A stretch of DNA of 59,790 bases, the filler included, from Platydemus manokwari (taxonomy: Eukaryota), in NCBI GenBank assembly GCA_037951405.1. It is 6 parts of 6 records of this genome, joined end to end, with 100 filler letters (N's around TTAATTAATTAA, not from the genome) between each part and the next. Parts side by side here need not be neighbours in the genome. Positions count along the whole stretch, not along the records: positions 9,259 to 18,300 come from JBBMOY011308539.1; positions 18,401 to 27,815 come from JBBMOY011252541.1; 4 more parts are not named here. One strand, written 5' to 3'. Below the pieces are notes generated by a model that worked only from the letters and a program-made list of their open reading frames with translations, did no database searches and had not been told where the DNA came from. Position numbers and translations under genes: made by a program. This document shows positions 12,579 to 23,485 of this stretch, piece by piece. The stretch's first letter is position 1. Each line of letters opens with the position of its first letter.

Positions 12579-13363
12579 CACTGGTTTTCAATCACGTTAC
12601 ACTAGTACACTCCAGGGCTTCCGCAATTTCTAAATTTCTAAATTAGAACAACGAACAAATAAACTAAAAGTTAAATTCAATTTTAAAAATCTATTTAATA
12701 ATTATTATTTCATTATTAATATTTCATTATTATTATTATTATTATTTTATTATTATTATTTCATTATTATTATTTTTATTGTTATTATTTCTATTATTTT
12801 ATTATTATTATTATTTATTGTTTAAATATACTAAATTTAATATAATTAAACTCGCTACATTTGAAAGATCACATCTTCCTATCACTATTAGGTTTGCTTT
12901 TATATATTTTGGTTGCTGGTTGAAAAAGAATATCCTCCAATTACCAGAAAGCGCTACGAATTCATATGCAATTTTCAACCTCATAATAGTGTGAATTCGG
13001 ATTTTCAGCTCTGACAACCATCAAACACAAGAAACGAGTATAATTGCTGTCTGTGGAAGATGAACTTTGTGTGTGTCTGACAAAAACACGATCGAATTTT
13101 AAGGAGTTGTGCAAAAAACACCAGGTTCAAATTTCCCAATGAGTTTTTGATAAGAATAAATTTACTCTATTCAAACATGCCCAATTTTGTTTTCATTTCA
13201 TCAACAAACATGTACAATACTGTGAACATAAATGCTTTTATTTCATTTTTAAAAATAAATGCAGTTTTCTGCATAGAACAATTAAATTATTGCACAGCAG
13301 TTCCCTGAGCCAGATGAATGTTTCCTTGGGGTTCCTCTCCCCCAAAAAGGCTGAAAACCACTG
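12579..13363. mobile_element. Non-autonomous hAT (Buster/Charlie-type) element, 785 bp
   Basis: TIRs CACTGGTTTTCAATC and (rc) CAGTGGTTTTCAGCC. Perfect 8-bp TSD GTGTATGG at 12571-12578 and 13364-13371, with TA at positions 4-5 as in the Buster consensus. Contains an ATT-rich low-complexity tract. Confidence 0.92.
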
Positions 13364-14355
13364 GTGTATGGCATTTAAATTTTATCGATCTTCATATATT
13401 TGCGACATTTATATAAGTATAGATAAAAATCACAACAACTAGGTATCATTTCATATGATAGCTGTTAATTCAATTCTAGATTAGAAAATAAACCAATTTC
13501 GATTCAAAGAAAAATTATCATTCTTAACACTATGGAATCGTTAAAAACTCTTAATTTTAAACATATACATACTCATTGGACATACATGCAAACGTATCAT
13601 CCAATCAGAAGTTAGCTGCGTTTTGAACATTCACAACAAAAATAGATCCAAACACAAGAAATCAGGAGACTCTAAAGAGAATCCGAATACATGAACAACT
13701 AATGAAAACCGTTGAACATCAAAGTGAACAACTAATACCAATAGAGAAGACACTAATTTCCTGTACACTTCCAACATCAAAGTAAAAGACAATATGATTC
13801 TCGACTCAGAGCAATCTAAAAAGTCCTTACTTTTTGGGTATTTATTTTACGATTTATTCTTTCTGGTGATGAATCCTTTTACTTTGTAATCTTATTCTCA
13901 TAATCCTTATTCTATCTTAAACTTTATGTAATTTCTTGCAATTGTGATTTATTGAGTGTAAATTTTATTATTATATTTGTGTTTAGAGAATTTTGATTTC
14001 ATAAATTTCACATCTTTCACGATATGGATAATAATCGCTATGATACCAATAATCAGAATGAATAATACTTTTCATAAAATTGCCATGGAATATTTCTTTA
14101 ATAAGAATTATTAGCCGCTACTATTTTAAAACTATACATTAAAAACGAACTGAAAAGTCAAGACACCAAAAATCTATTTAAACAAAAAAATTTAATTTTA
14201 TATAAATATGATTTTATATAAAATTAGAATTAAATTTGAATTAAAAATTTAAGTCATTTAAAAATATCTCACAAGAATAAATAGGGTTCGAAAATTATAG
14301 TATATCCATAACATAAGTAGCTTTTTTTAAATAATGATATCAATGATAATAATAA

Positions 14356-14396
<41 letters not shown>
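14356..14396. repeat. (AAT)n microsatellite
   Basis: About 13 pure AAT units. Confidence 0.95.
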
Positions 14397-14398
<2 letters not shown>

Positions 14399-15867
14399 TT
14401 AATTTTTAACTGACTTAAATTTTATGTAAAGAAAGTTTTCTTTAAATTTTATTCTAGTATTGAGAAAATATTTATAAAAGGAATAATTTCGACATCAAAT
14501 CCGAGCGGTTTCCAAATAAAAAGAAGAAGTAATTTTTTATTGAGGCTACAATTGTCAAATTCTGATGGCAACACGAAAAATGTACTCTCAAATTTTCTAT
14601 ATTAAAGTAATCAACTTTGCAAATATAAATTTATCCCAACTTTCGAAATATTTTTATCGAGTTTCTGAAAAAATTTCATAAGAATAAAACGAGGAATAAT
14701 TTTTTGAAAGCAAAAAAACTTTTCGATGAAATATATAATCAATCGATTTCGTTAGAAACTTCTTCGCCGTAACTATTAAGGCAGTCATCTGCAGAAATTT
14801 GCCTTTTACTCAACCCTTTTTTAGGAAATAATTTTAAACGTAATCTCTCTACCCTGTCACTGAAAGGATGTATCGAAATATTCCATTTATCAAGACGCAT
14901 TTTTATAAATGAGCGCAGGTAGCCCATTAATTAGCTCTAATAATTAATGGAGTCATTATTTGTCATTGGGAAGAATTCTTAATCAAATTAATTTGCCACG
15001 AATCGAAATTAAGGCTGATCGAATTTCCTTTTCTTGTTTTAATGTGCTGCTTTTGATTAACTTTTTTCAATATCTGCAGTCCATTAAAATGTTATTCCAA
15101 CAAGACAGCTCGACTTGAGAATGGCCACTTTTGCCTATTCTCAACAAATTCTGGGAGTAGAAACGTTATTATAGTCCTAATTATAAATTAATTATAATGC
15201 GAATAATAGCTTTTCAACAGTTTTCATATTTTTGTTCGTTTTATCTGATTTTGCCTACTTCACTTATTCTTGAACATTTTTCATTTGTTAGTCGTATTAA
15301 ATATTCTTAATAGCTTATTAAAAAATCAGTATTTATATCTTATAGTTAAGTAATTGAATACTTCGAGAAACTATCCACCAATAGTCGGGTTTGTCTTAAT
15401 TTATTCTCGAATCCTGTATGTTCTAATTCTGAATTCTCCTGCAGGATTCATTTTTAAATTAATTATGAGTTTCCGGTATTTGCTTCTATTAACTTTCTAT
15501 TTATTTAACTAAACATTGATGTTATGCGGTCACATATTATGCTTGGTAAGTAATCGTATTTGCTAACAATCATCTCCTTTATATACACCAATCAGTTGAT
15601 GTGACTGGCAAATCCAAATGTGATCAACTCAATGGAACACAACATAATAAAATAGTTATCATTGGTAACATCATATAATTTCGATTGGTATGACATCAGT
15701 TGATCGACCTTTATAATTGTGATGGACAAAGAGAGTGGAAAAGGAAATCTTAAAGAATCAGTTAAGAATTTCCTTATTTACCACCTCCTCAATTGACAGA
15801 AAGTTTTTTATTTTCTCGGATCAAATTTTTCCTTTGATCAAATATTTGCGTTCTCTTCTTTGTCTTC

Positions 15868-15900
15868 CGGTGTGGACTCGGTGTGGACTCGGTGTGGAAT
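15868..15900. repeat. 11-bp tandem repeat CGGTGTGGA(C/A)T x3
   Basis: Copies at 15868, 15879, 15890. GC-rich in an AT-rich background. Confidence 0.9.
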
Positions 15901-16465
15901 TCATTAGCCGATTTTCTATTCAATATTTAATGATGATATCAACATCGATTTGAACGATAATATTAGAGATGAAATGAAATTAATATTTTTTAATGAAAAT
16001 CGACATTAATGTTAAGGACAATCACGAATTTAATGAAACAATAGTACGAGCGCCTGATTTGATGATTAAAGGAAAACTACCGAACACAGGCGGAAAGAGC
16101 AAGTTACTGTTTATAATCTCTGACTCCATTGTTTGTGATTAGGCGGGTCTCTTTCAACGTCATTCATGTAGTTGGTTATTTATCATTTTCTAGATAATAT
16201 AATTGGTTATATCATTACACTGATATAGAGCATAATTGAATTGAGTACCGATAAGAAAACAGTCATTTTAGAATTCAATTTTCTTGATTAAAGTGCGTTC
16301 TTTAGAGAAATCGAATTACATAGAAATTGATTAAAAACATTGAAAATAATATTATTAATGATAATTTATAATAATAATTAAAATAATAACAAAATTAAAG
16401 AGTTTAAATAATACGGTTAAATGAAAATCAACACAATACCTTGTTAATTATAGTAATAGTAAAAT

Positions 16466-16467
<2 letters not shown>

Positions 16468-16545
<78 letters not shown>
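16468..16545. repeat. (AAT)n microsatellite, about 26 units
   Basis: Pure repeat. Explains the poly-Ile ORF 16448-16630. Confidence 0.97.
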
Positions 16546-16547
<2 letters not shown>

Positions 16548-17323
16548 TCGATAATAGGCATAATTCTAATTAATAAAATTTGCCATACATTTGGTATTAC
16601 ATAACTAAAATTGCAAAGAATATTTATCATTTATCACTCAATCAAATGTCATCGAAACATAATTATTGTTGTCCTTGTAATTATTCCCGAACTAATTCTA
16701 TTTCCGCTTATGATTTGTTTGTCTAACTGTTAATAACTGTGACTGGATCAGAAATATTAGGTAAATCGATTACAAAATAATAAAATTCGTGAAATGCACA
16801 ACATAAACGCGCATAAGTGTGAGAGTGAGTGTTAGTGAGAGTGAGACTGTGTTTCTCTTTCTCCGATTTATGTTTCTCATAAAATAAGTTTCAGATACAA
16901 TTTCGCTTTGATCGATTATTTAACGATTTGATCGGTTGTCGACTTTAATCTGAGTTTAAAACATATTACCACAGTAGTAGTAGTAGTATATTCAATACAT
17001 CGAAATTAAATCACACCAGACATCATGTATATTGATGCTGCATACCTTCATGGATATTGAATTTCTCACCAGTCCAGATATTTGAACTGGTCTTACATAT
17101 AATTTGATGTGATAAATCGATGGTTGAAACTCGTATTTTTATATTAGAACTTTTATCGATTATCACCACTCTCGATTATTTTTTTTTTGAAAAATCCCTT
17201 ATTTATAAGTGTTTACATTTTCATTGTTGAATAGCACAGGAATTCCACCGGTAAATTAACAAAATGTTAATAAATAAATTCTGTAATTGTAAAAAAACAA
17301 TTTTTCTACCTGATAGTCTAATA

Positions 17324-17799
17324 CAGTGATTCCCAAATTGGGTGCTACAAGGATCCCGAGGGTTGGTGGTGAATACAAGCTCATTTGAGGGCGATAATAC
17401 AATAAGAAAGTAAGAAAATGATTATTAAAAATTTTGATACATCTCGTTTGCTCAAAACGCTTAATTTGTCTTTAAACAACGCACTGTACGTTCTCACTAA
17501 TTTTTATTGAAGTATGTGTAATCGCGCACTCAATGCTACTACGTGTGCACTTTGTCGCTTGCAACGCCAAAGTCTGGTAGTAGAGCGGTAGTATTTCTGA
17601 AATTCCCGTAATGATTAACTGAAATACAACTGAAAGAAAGGTTAGTTTGTTGTAATATTACAAGAAGCTAAAATTAGGTAACAAAAGACAGTAACATTAA
17701 GATTTTTTTATAAATTGCTACTAAAAGTTTAAAAAAATTGGTGTGGGTTAGTTTGGGTGCGCTAAGTAATAGTTAATCCGAAAAGTTTGGGAATCACTG
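17324..17799. mobile_element. Non-autonomous hAT (Buster-type) MITE, 476 bp
   Basis: Perfect 14-bp TIR CAGTGATTCCCAAA / TTTGGGAATCACTG. Perfect 8-bp TSD GTCTAATA at 17316-17323 and 17800-17807 (nnnTAnnn). Confidence 0.95.
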
Positions 17800-17977
17800 G
17801 TCTAATATTTCGTTGCAATTGGTTTTTATATGGTTAATGTTATGAAAATTCATAACTTTATCGAATCTTAAAATTCCAATTTTCGAATCAATTTTTTTCA
17901 AAACATGTGAAAAAATAGATAGTAAAATTGGGGAAAAGTTTATGTGTGCTGGTTTGAAACGAAGTACATTTACAATT

Positions 17978-18190
17978 GGTGCCCAGTGGTCAGTGATTTA
18001 TGATGATAGAATTGATAATCAAGAATGAAATAGTTATGGATTCGACACTGATGAAGACAAGTTCACTGATAGAATGAGGAAAAGGCCTTGGTAGTTAATG
18101 TTTTACTGTTGGTATTTCATCAGCTTTAATGCAAAATCATAGGGAATGAGATAAAAACATTAGATTTACAAACTGAAGAAGTGTAAAGTG
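17978..18190 (+). mobile_element. Possible degenerate tRNA-derived SINE
   Basis: A-box-like TGGTCAGTGAT (~17987) and B-box-like GGATTCGACAC (~18038). No foldable cloverleaf; 3' end uncertain. Confidence 0.3.
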
Positions 18191-18300
18191 GTTAGATTAA
18201 TCGATAATCAAATAAAAAAGATCTCTAACGATTTCAGATTGGGTTGTAATTTAATTTAATGAAATCTTGGTTCAGATAATATATTGCTTACCTTTATCGG

Positions 18301-18400
18301 NNNNNNNNNNNNNNNNNNNNNNNNNNNNNNNNNNNNNNNNNNNNTTAATTAATTAANNNNNNNNNNNNNNNNNNNNNNNNNNNNNNNNNNNNNNNNNNNN
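18301..18400. other. Artificial contig spacer
   Basis: N run - TTAATTAATTAA - N run, 100 nt. Confidence 0.98.
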
Positions 18401-18484
18401 TGTTTTTTCGGTTAATGTTATCAATCGGTTATTGTTATCAAAATCTTTGAGTCCCGATGCGATTCTAATAAGCGGGGTTTACTG
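18401..18484 (-). mobile_element. pogo/Tigger-like DNA transposon end, truncated by gap
   Basis: Reverse complement reads TA|CAGTAAACCCCGCTTATTAGAATCGCATCGGGAC, a typical pogo-family CAGT terminus with TA flank. The partner end is not present. Confidence 0.6.
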
Positions 18485-20621
18485 TACCATATTATTATTT
18501 ATAAAAGGATCTTGATCAAATATATTGTTAAATTCTCAGTATTTAAATTATTTTAAAAAATGGAAATATTTTTTTAAAAAAGATAAGATGTGGGGATTTT
18601 TATATTTGGATTAAAAATGAAGGCAAGTCAGATGGAAAAAAATTAAAATGTATGTGAAAATTGATGTATTAACTAATATATTTATTCTGTTATAAACATG
18701 ACTCAAAAATGAGAAAATTTTGGTAATGCCAACAAAAAACAAGACATGGAACAAGGGCTTGCCCAGCGAAGCCCACTACAACAAAATCACAAAACTCACA
18801 AGGAAAGACTACACACAATGCGTGGACTCTAAAGACATAGACAACTATATAAGCTCATGGCATAGATCACAAAACGCACAATAATTTCTGACGAACAGAA
18901 TTTATATTTTTATTAATAACCTATACGATATTTTGATTTTTCAGAATTGTTAGTTTCAATTGTCTCATAGCAATTGATCTGATCGGAGTTATTTTATTTT
19001 GATTGTCCTTGAGCGGATAGATTTTTAAATTGTTGTAAATTTTATTATTTATTTTATTAATCACATTATATCAATCGGAGCATAAACGTTGATCTTCCAT
19101 TGTTTCAAATCGAACTAGAGTGGCATCTGGTTTCCACAGTCGATTTTTCAACTATTTTCATGACACTACACCTTCTCGGTCAATTTTAAAGCACTACACA
19201 TTTGATCGTCTATAATTATATTGAATGAAGATTATTATATCAGTGTCTTGTTTTTATAATGATATATAGTAGCACCTAACCTATTAATTTGTTACGAGTC
19301 AGATCTTTGATGAAATCATCAGCTATTTGGTTAAACTTATATGACTAATTAAAAAGAAAAATCATCGAGAAATTATTATTGATTTATTCATATTCGTCAC
19401 CAAATATTTAATCCAGTTTTCAATTCCATCATTACTCGGTTTCCTTTTTATAATGATTAATCGTGAATATAATATAAATTAAATCGGTATTTATATATCA
19501 ATAATATGGATTAATTTAATATTATTCATCATAATCGTATTGTGATTTTTGAAATTTAAGCTCTAATTTAAAAAATAAAAATTAAAATATTTCAAATAAA
19601 GCCTCCAACTCATTAACAACACACGTATGCAGTACATATTCAAATCATTTATGTGACTACGATGGAGTAGTCAAACTTATATGGGGATTATGTTCTAATC
19701 ATTATTATGATGATTACATAGTTTACTGAGTAAGTCATCGACTGCAATCAGATGGAACCAATTTGTTGTCTTCTCTTTATAACAATGAACAAAACTCAAT
19801 AAATTATAGCACAATTGAAATCGGTTTGAACTAATACCACACAATATTTCTTTCGTGAAATGTAAATCATAAATTATTCAATCGATATGCTATTGATGAA
19901 AATAAGTAAATAAGTAATAATGCTGGCAATTTTTCCGTTGACGAAGATTGTCTCGAATATATCATATGATTTTAGTACATCAATAATAATGACAATGTTT
20001 CATGAAAGGGCATCCGTTTGTTTAAATCGTCAAGCAGTCAGTCATGGAATTATGTTCCAATACAATTGGTATGGTTGTGGTAAGCTATTTCATCATAGAT
20101 ATTTTACATTTGAGTGTATGATGAAATAAATGACAATCACAATTGGAATTAGAGAAAACAGTATATTAATACTAGATCGATTTTCCTACTTATCAACTTT
20201 GAACGAGAATAAATTTTGTTAAGAGAATTTAATAAATTCTGTAAATTATGGACCAATCAAAGACACTTTCAGATTCCATGTAATCAAACAATGATCAGTG
20301 ATCATATTGTTTTTAAAATAATAACACGAAGAACAAAATCTGAAACGAAGAATAATTTTGTCGAAATTCACTTTGAAATCTCAACAAAACAACCCCAAAG
20401 TATTTCATCAACATATCTGACTGAATTAATCGTCACGGGCCGACCTTCGAAAATGATGTCCTGTATTGTTTATAGCTTGAACATTATGTGATCATTACAA
20501 TCGAAACACACTCAGTGTTTTATTTTCACTATTCGGTTTTTCGTTCAGTTCAACCCGATAAACGCTATCCAGATCTTGAAAGGCTCGGACAATGAATAAA
20601 TATATACTTATGTGTATATAA

Positions 20622-20690
20622 AATTATTATACAATATATTATATATTATATTTTATATATTATATATTATATTATATTATGTTATAATAT
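20622..20690. repeat. (TATAT)n low-complexity repeat
   Basis: Imperfect pentanucleotide TA-only repeat. Confidence 0.85.
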
Positions 20691-21033
20691 TTGAAAACCG
20701 GAGGTTGAAGCGCCTCTCTCATGGTTACAATAACACTGTCGGCTGTATGTTAACGTGTTGTGCTCGGTGCTAAACTGCAGTCTCTAATCGTTTCAGTCGA
20801 GTAGTGTTGATCGCCTGTACCACATACGCATACACTATTTCGCACACCATCAATAAATGTAGTAAGAAGTACCTGTTGATTGTGAATAGTTCTAGCCTAG
20901 AGCGGAAAGCATGTATAGTGTCTGCGCTGTATTTGACCTGTGTACAAGCGCAAACGTCGCGTGGTGGGAATTGAGTGTTGCAGCATACATAAATGCAGTC
21001 TCATTTGTATTGCTCTATTTTACTACTATTACA
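20680..21033. mobile_element. Candidate solo LTR / GC-elevated interspersed repeat
   Basis: Sharply GC-richer block starting TGTTATAATA and ending TACTATTACA (TG...CA), with an internal AATAAA. No matching TSD found. Confidence 0.35.
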
Positions 21034-21856
21034 CTGCAGCCTTTCTAACGAGTAAGCTTTTTATTTGATTGTATATTAATATCTTTACATTGTACTGTAT
21101 TTATTATTTCAAATATGATTCTCGTAATGAGTTGAATTGTTTTTTTAATTCACGATACAAACATTTTAAACAACGAAAATTTTATTTTTAATATTAATTT
21201 TGATTGAAAAAATAATGAAAACTGGTTCATTTTGTTTTATTATAATTTTCATTTGAAAATCATTTTATCAATTTTCTTTATAATAATTATTTTTATTATT
21301 GTTTTATTATGATTTGTATCCTAAATGATTCTTTTTGTCATAATTCGAAATAGAAATAATTATCTAATTAAATAATTATCGTCAATTCTTCAATGAAGGG
21401 GATTTAATAGCTCAGCGAAAAATATTGCTTTGAAAGAGTTGATTTCATAGATTTATTTATTGATCAATAAGTGAAAAAATCATTTAATCAATTGATGGAA
21501 TGATGAAATGTGAAATTTATTTTATCGTCAGTTGCGCTAAAATGAAGCTCGATTATAATGATAATAATTATTTAATGTCTTTGTATTAATGTATTTAGCA
21601 CAAAGTATTATTATGTATATGAACTAAGTGTTAGAAACACTATAAAGTGGTAGGTTTATCGATAGTCCATTATCATTTGACCGCATAAGTGGCAATTGGC
21701 AATGTGGTACTGAATGCTTCCTCTCTTGGCACCAGCGTTATCCGGTGTTAATCTAGTTGATATATTATCAGATGATTTTAAAATATATCAAATATTAATG
21801 CCAGACATTATTTGGAGGTAGGACTGAGTGAGGAAACTTATTTATAATTAATAATT

Positions 21857-22790
21857 TTTTTTATATGAACGAAGTTACATAGTAAATTTATTAGTAAAGT
21901 AAAAACCTGAGCCTATTCAGAATGAGGAAAGCGGGCAGAGGATTGTGATCAATGGAATATGGGCTATAGCACGCTAATGTCAGTGGCTGGTAACTCCTAT
22001 TGTACAAATCGATCTTGTGAAAACAGAACTGCGTTGCTAAGGCCGGTATGGGTATTAGTCAGAAAACAGTGCAGAGAGAAATGGGGAAGAGGTGGCGTCG
22101 ATGGTCCCAGGCCAGCTAGCTTGGCGACTGTCACTGAAGAGTCCATACATCGACTGTATTAGTGCATTTCAAATTAGCGGGAATCATCGATCGCGCGGCA
22201 CAGAGTAGTGTGTAATAGTAATAAACAACCCGAACGACCGGGCATGGTCGTCAATGCCTGCAGGCAATCTGTCGGTTTGATCCTTGGGGAGCTGACTAGG
22301 CGGCGATTTGATGATCTACAATAAGCTATGGACTAACTGGCGGACATGGTGTGGTAGGAGGGGCTAGTCCGGCAGCGGAAGATGCGGTATAACTTGCGAC
22401 AGATCAGTTACAATACTATGGCGTCTAGAGGCCGAACTCTGTAGGCATGCCAGTAGATTATATGCGACGGCAAAGAAGAAACACACATACAGCAGAGAGA
22501 GAGAGCAGGATTGATATGCTTAGTGTTAATTGCCGTTGGCAGTGTGTGGTTGTTGCTAGTAACGTGAGAATGACACAAATTGGAAATCAGGATATGCACA
22601 CCTCCACATTTTACCAGCTATCGCCACTACTGGGTTGTCCCACGCCTCGACTCATTAGCAAGCGGCCGCTTCACCAACTACACCAGACACCAGCTCTTAC
22701 TGCCCATATAATTACCGGACTATCGCAGCTATCTACTAATACGCGTGCTCCTTCATTCGAGCTATCATTATATACATACTCTGCTTTTTG
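21857..22790. mobile_element. GC-rich composite repeat: retroposon-like 3' tail (minus strand) plus an LTR- or TIR-like block from ~22201
   Basis: The minus strand ends ...CTAATAAATTTACTATGTAACTTCGTTCATATAAAAAAA (polyA signal plus A tail at ~21857). GTGTAATAGTAATAAA at 22210 is an inverted 15/16 match to the end of the 20680-21033 block. ORF 22447-22971 has no recognisable protein motif. Confidence 0.4.
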
Positions 22791-22994
22791 TTTTAATCCT
22801 CCTTCTGATGGTGGTATCGCTGTGATACATCATTGGATTCACTTGAGCCATCATTCACCGGGCCACTATAAAATCGTCTCCGTTTATAATTCAATTTTAT
22901 TTCCCCAATTTTGTATTGCCACTTCTATAAATTCTCAAATCTACTCTTTCTACAATTCTATTAGGAAATAATATCAATATTTTAGACAATTCCG

Positions 22995-23297
22995 ATGCTC
23001 AATTCCAATTTATTTTCAACGAAAACTAATTTGCCGAACCATGTCGATTTCAGATCAGAATTCGATTCGTCGATTTTCAAAGAATTTGGTCCACACAGCA
23101 ATTCAAAATGTTTTACCGAAGAAAAGCGTAAAGAATATATTGAAAAGTTATTACTTGCCGACATATCTCGGGAATTACCAAAACAATTGAGAGGATTTTC
23201 ACTTGGTGATGCTCTTTCAAATTGGGAACCAGCTGAATGGAGGTTCCGAGAGAAAAACGTCGAGAAAATTCATTTATGGACGAAGAAAACGTTTTCA
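22995..23297 (+). CDS. NOL4: NOL4/NOL4L-like protein, first recognisable coding exon
   Basis: FDSSIFKEFGPHSNSKCFTEEKRKEYIEKLL resembles NOL4 FQDWCLRTYGDSGKTKTVTRKKYERIVQLL. RGFSLG resembles KGFQLG; IHLWTKKT resembles LYVPVKTT. GTAAG donor at 23298 (phase 0). A TTTTAG acceptor at 22985 is in frame, so an upstream exon is possible. Confidence 0.82.
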
Positions 23298-23356
23298 GTA
23301 AGATTAGATCTAATATATATTATTTAAAAGGAAAACTTTAATTACAAATCTTCCAG

Positions 23357-23485
23357 TCTTCCGCCAAAAATCTCGGAATTATTCGACGAATCGTTGTGTT
23401 GGAAGAATTTTTCGATTTAATCAAATCTCTCCATGAAAGACCAAACAAAGACGGTTATAATGGACAGAAGAAATTATTCAACATG
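23357..23485 (+). CDS. NOL4: NOL4/NOL4L-like protein, exon 2
   Basis: After a 59-nt intron (TTCCAG acceptor) come 43 codons SSAKNLGIIRRIVVLEEFFDLIKSLHERPNKDGYNGQKKLFNM, resembling NOL4 LRRVAVVEDFFDIIYSMHVE...HAGQKRTYKA. GTAATG donor at 23486. Confidence 0.9.

Noticed and set aside
14550-15170. Minus-strand hAT transposase remnant (ISLNFDSW, ISADD, SCCHQ)
   Set aside because: Spacing to the putative CxxH is inconsistent and the motifs are too short; probably decayed TE but not assignable.
16448-16630. Poly-Ile ORF
   Set aside because: Translation of the (AAT)n microsatellite.
22447-22971. Longest ORF in the track (174 aa) as a gene
   Set aside because: Lies in a GC-rich repeat block, crosses an (AG)n tract and has no protein motif; likely a by-product of composition.
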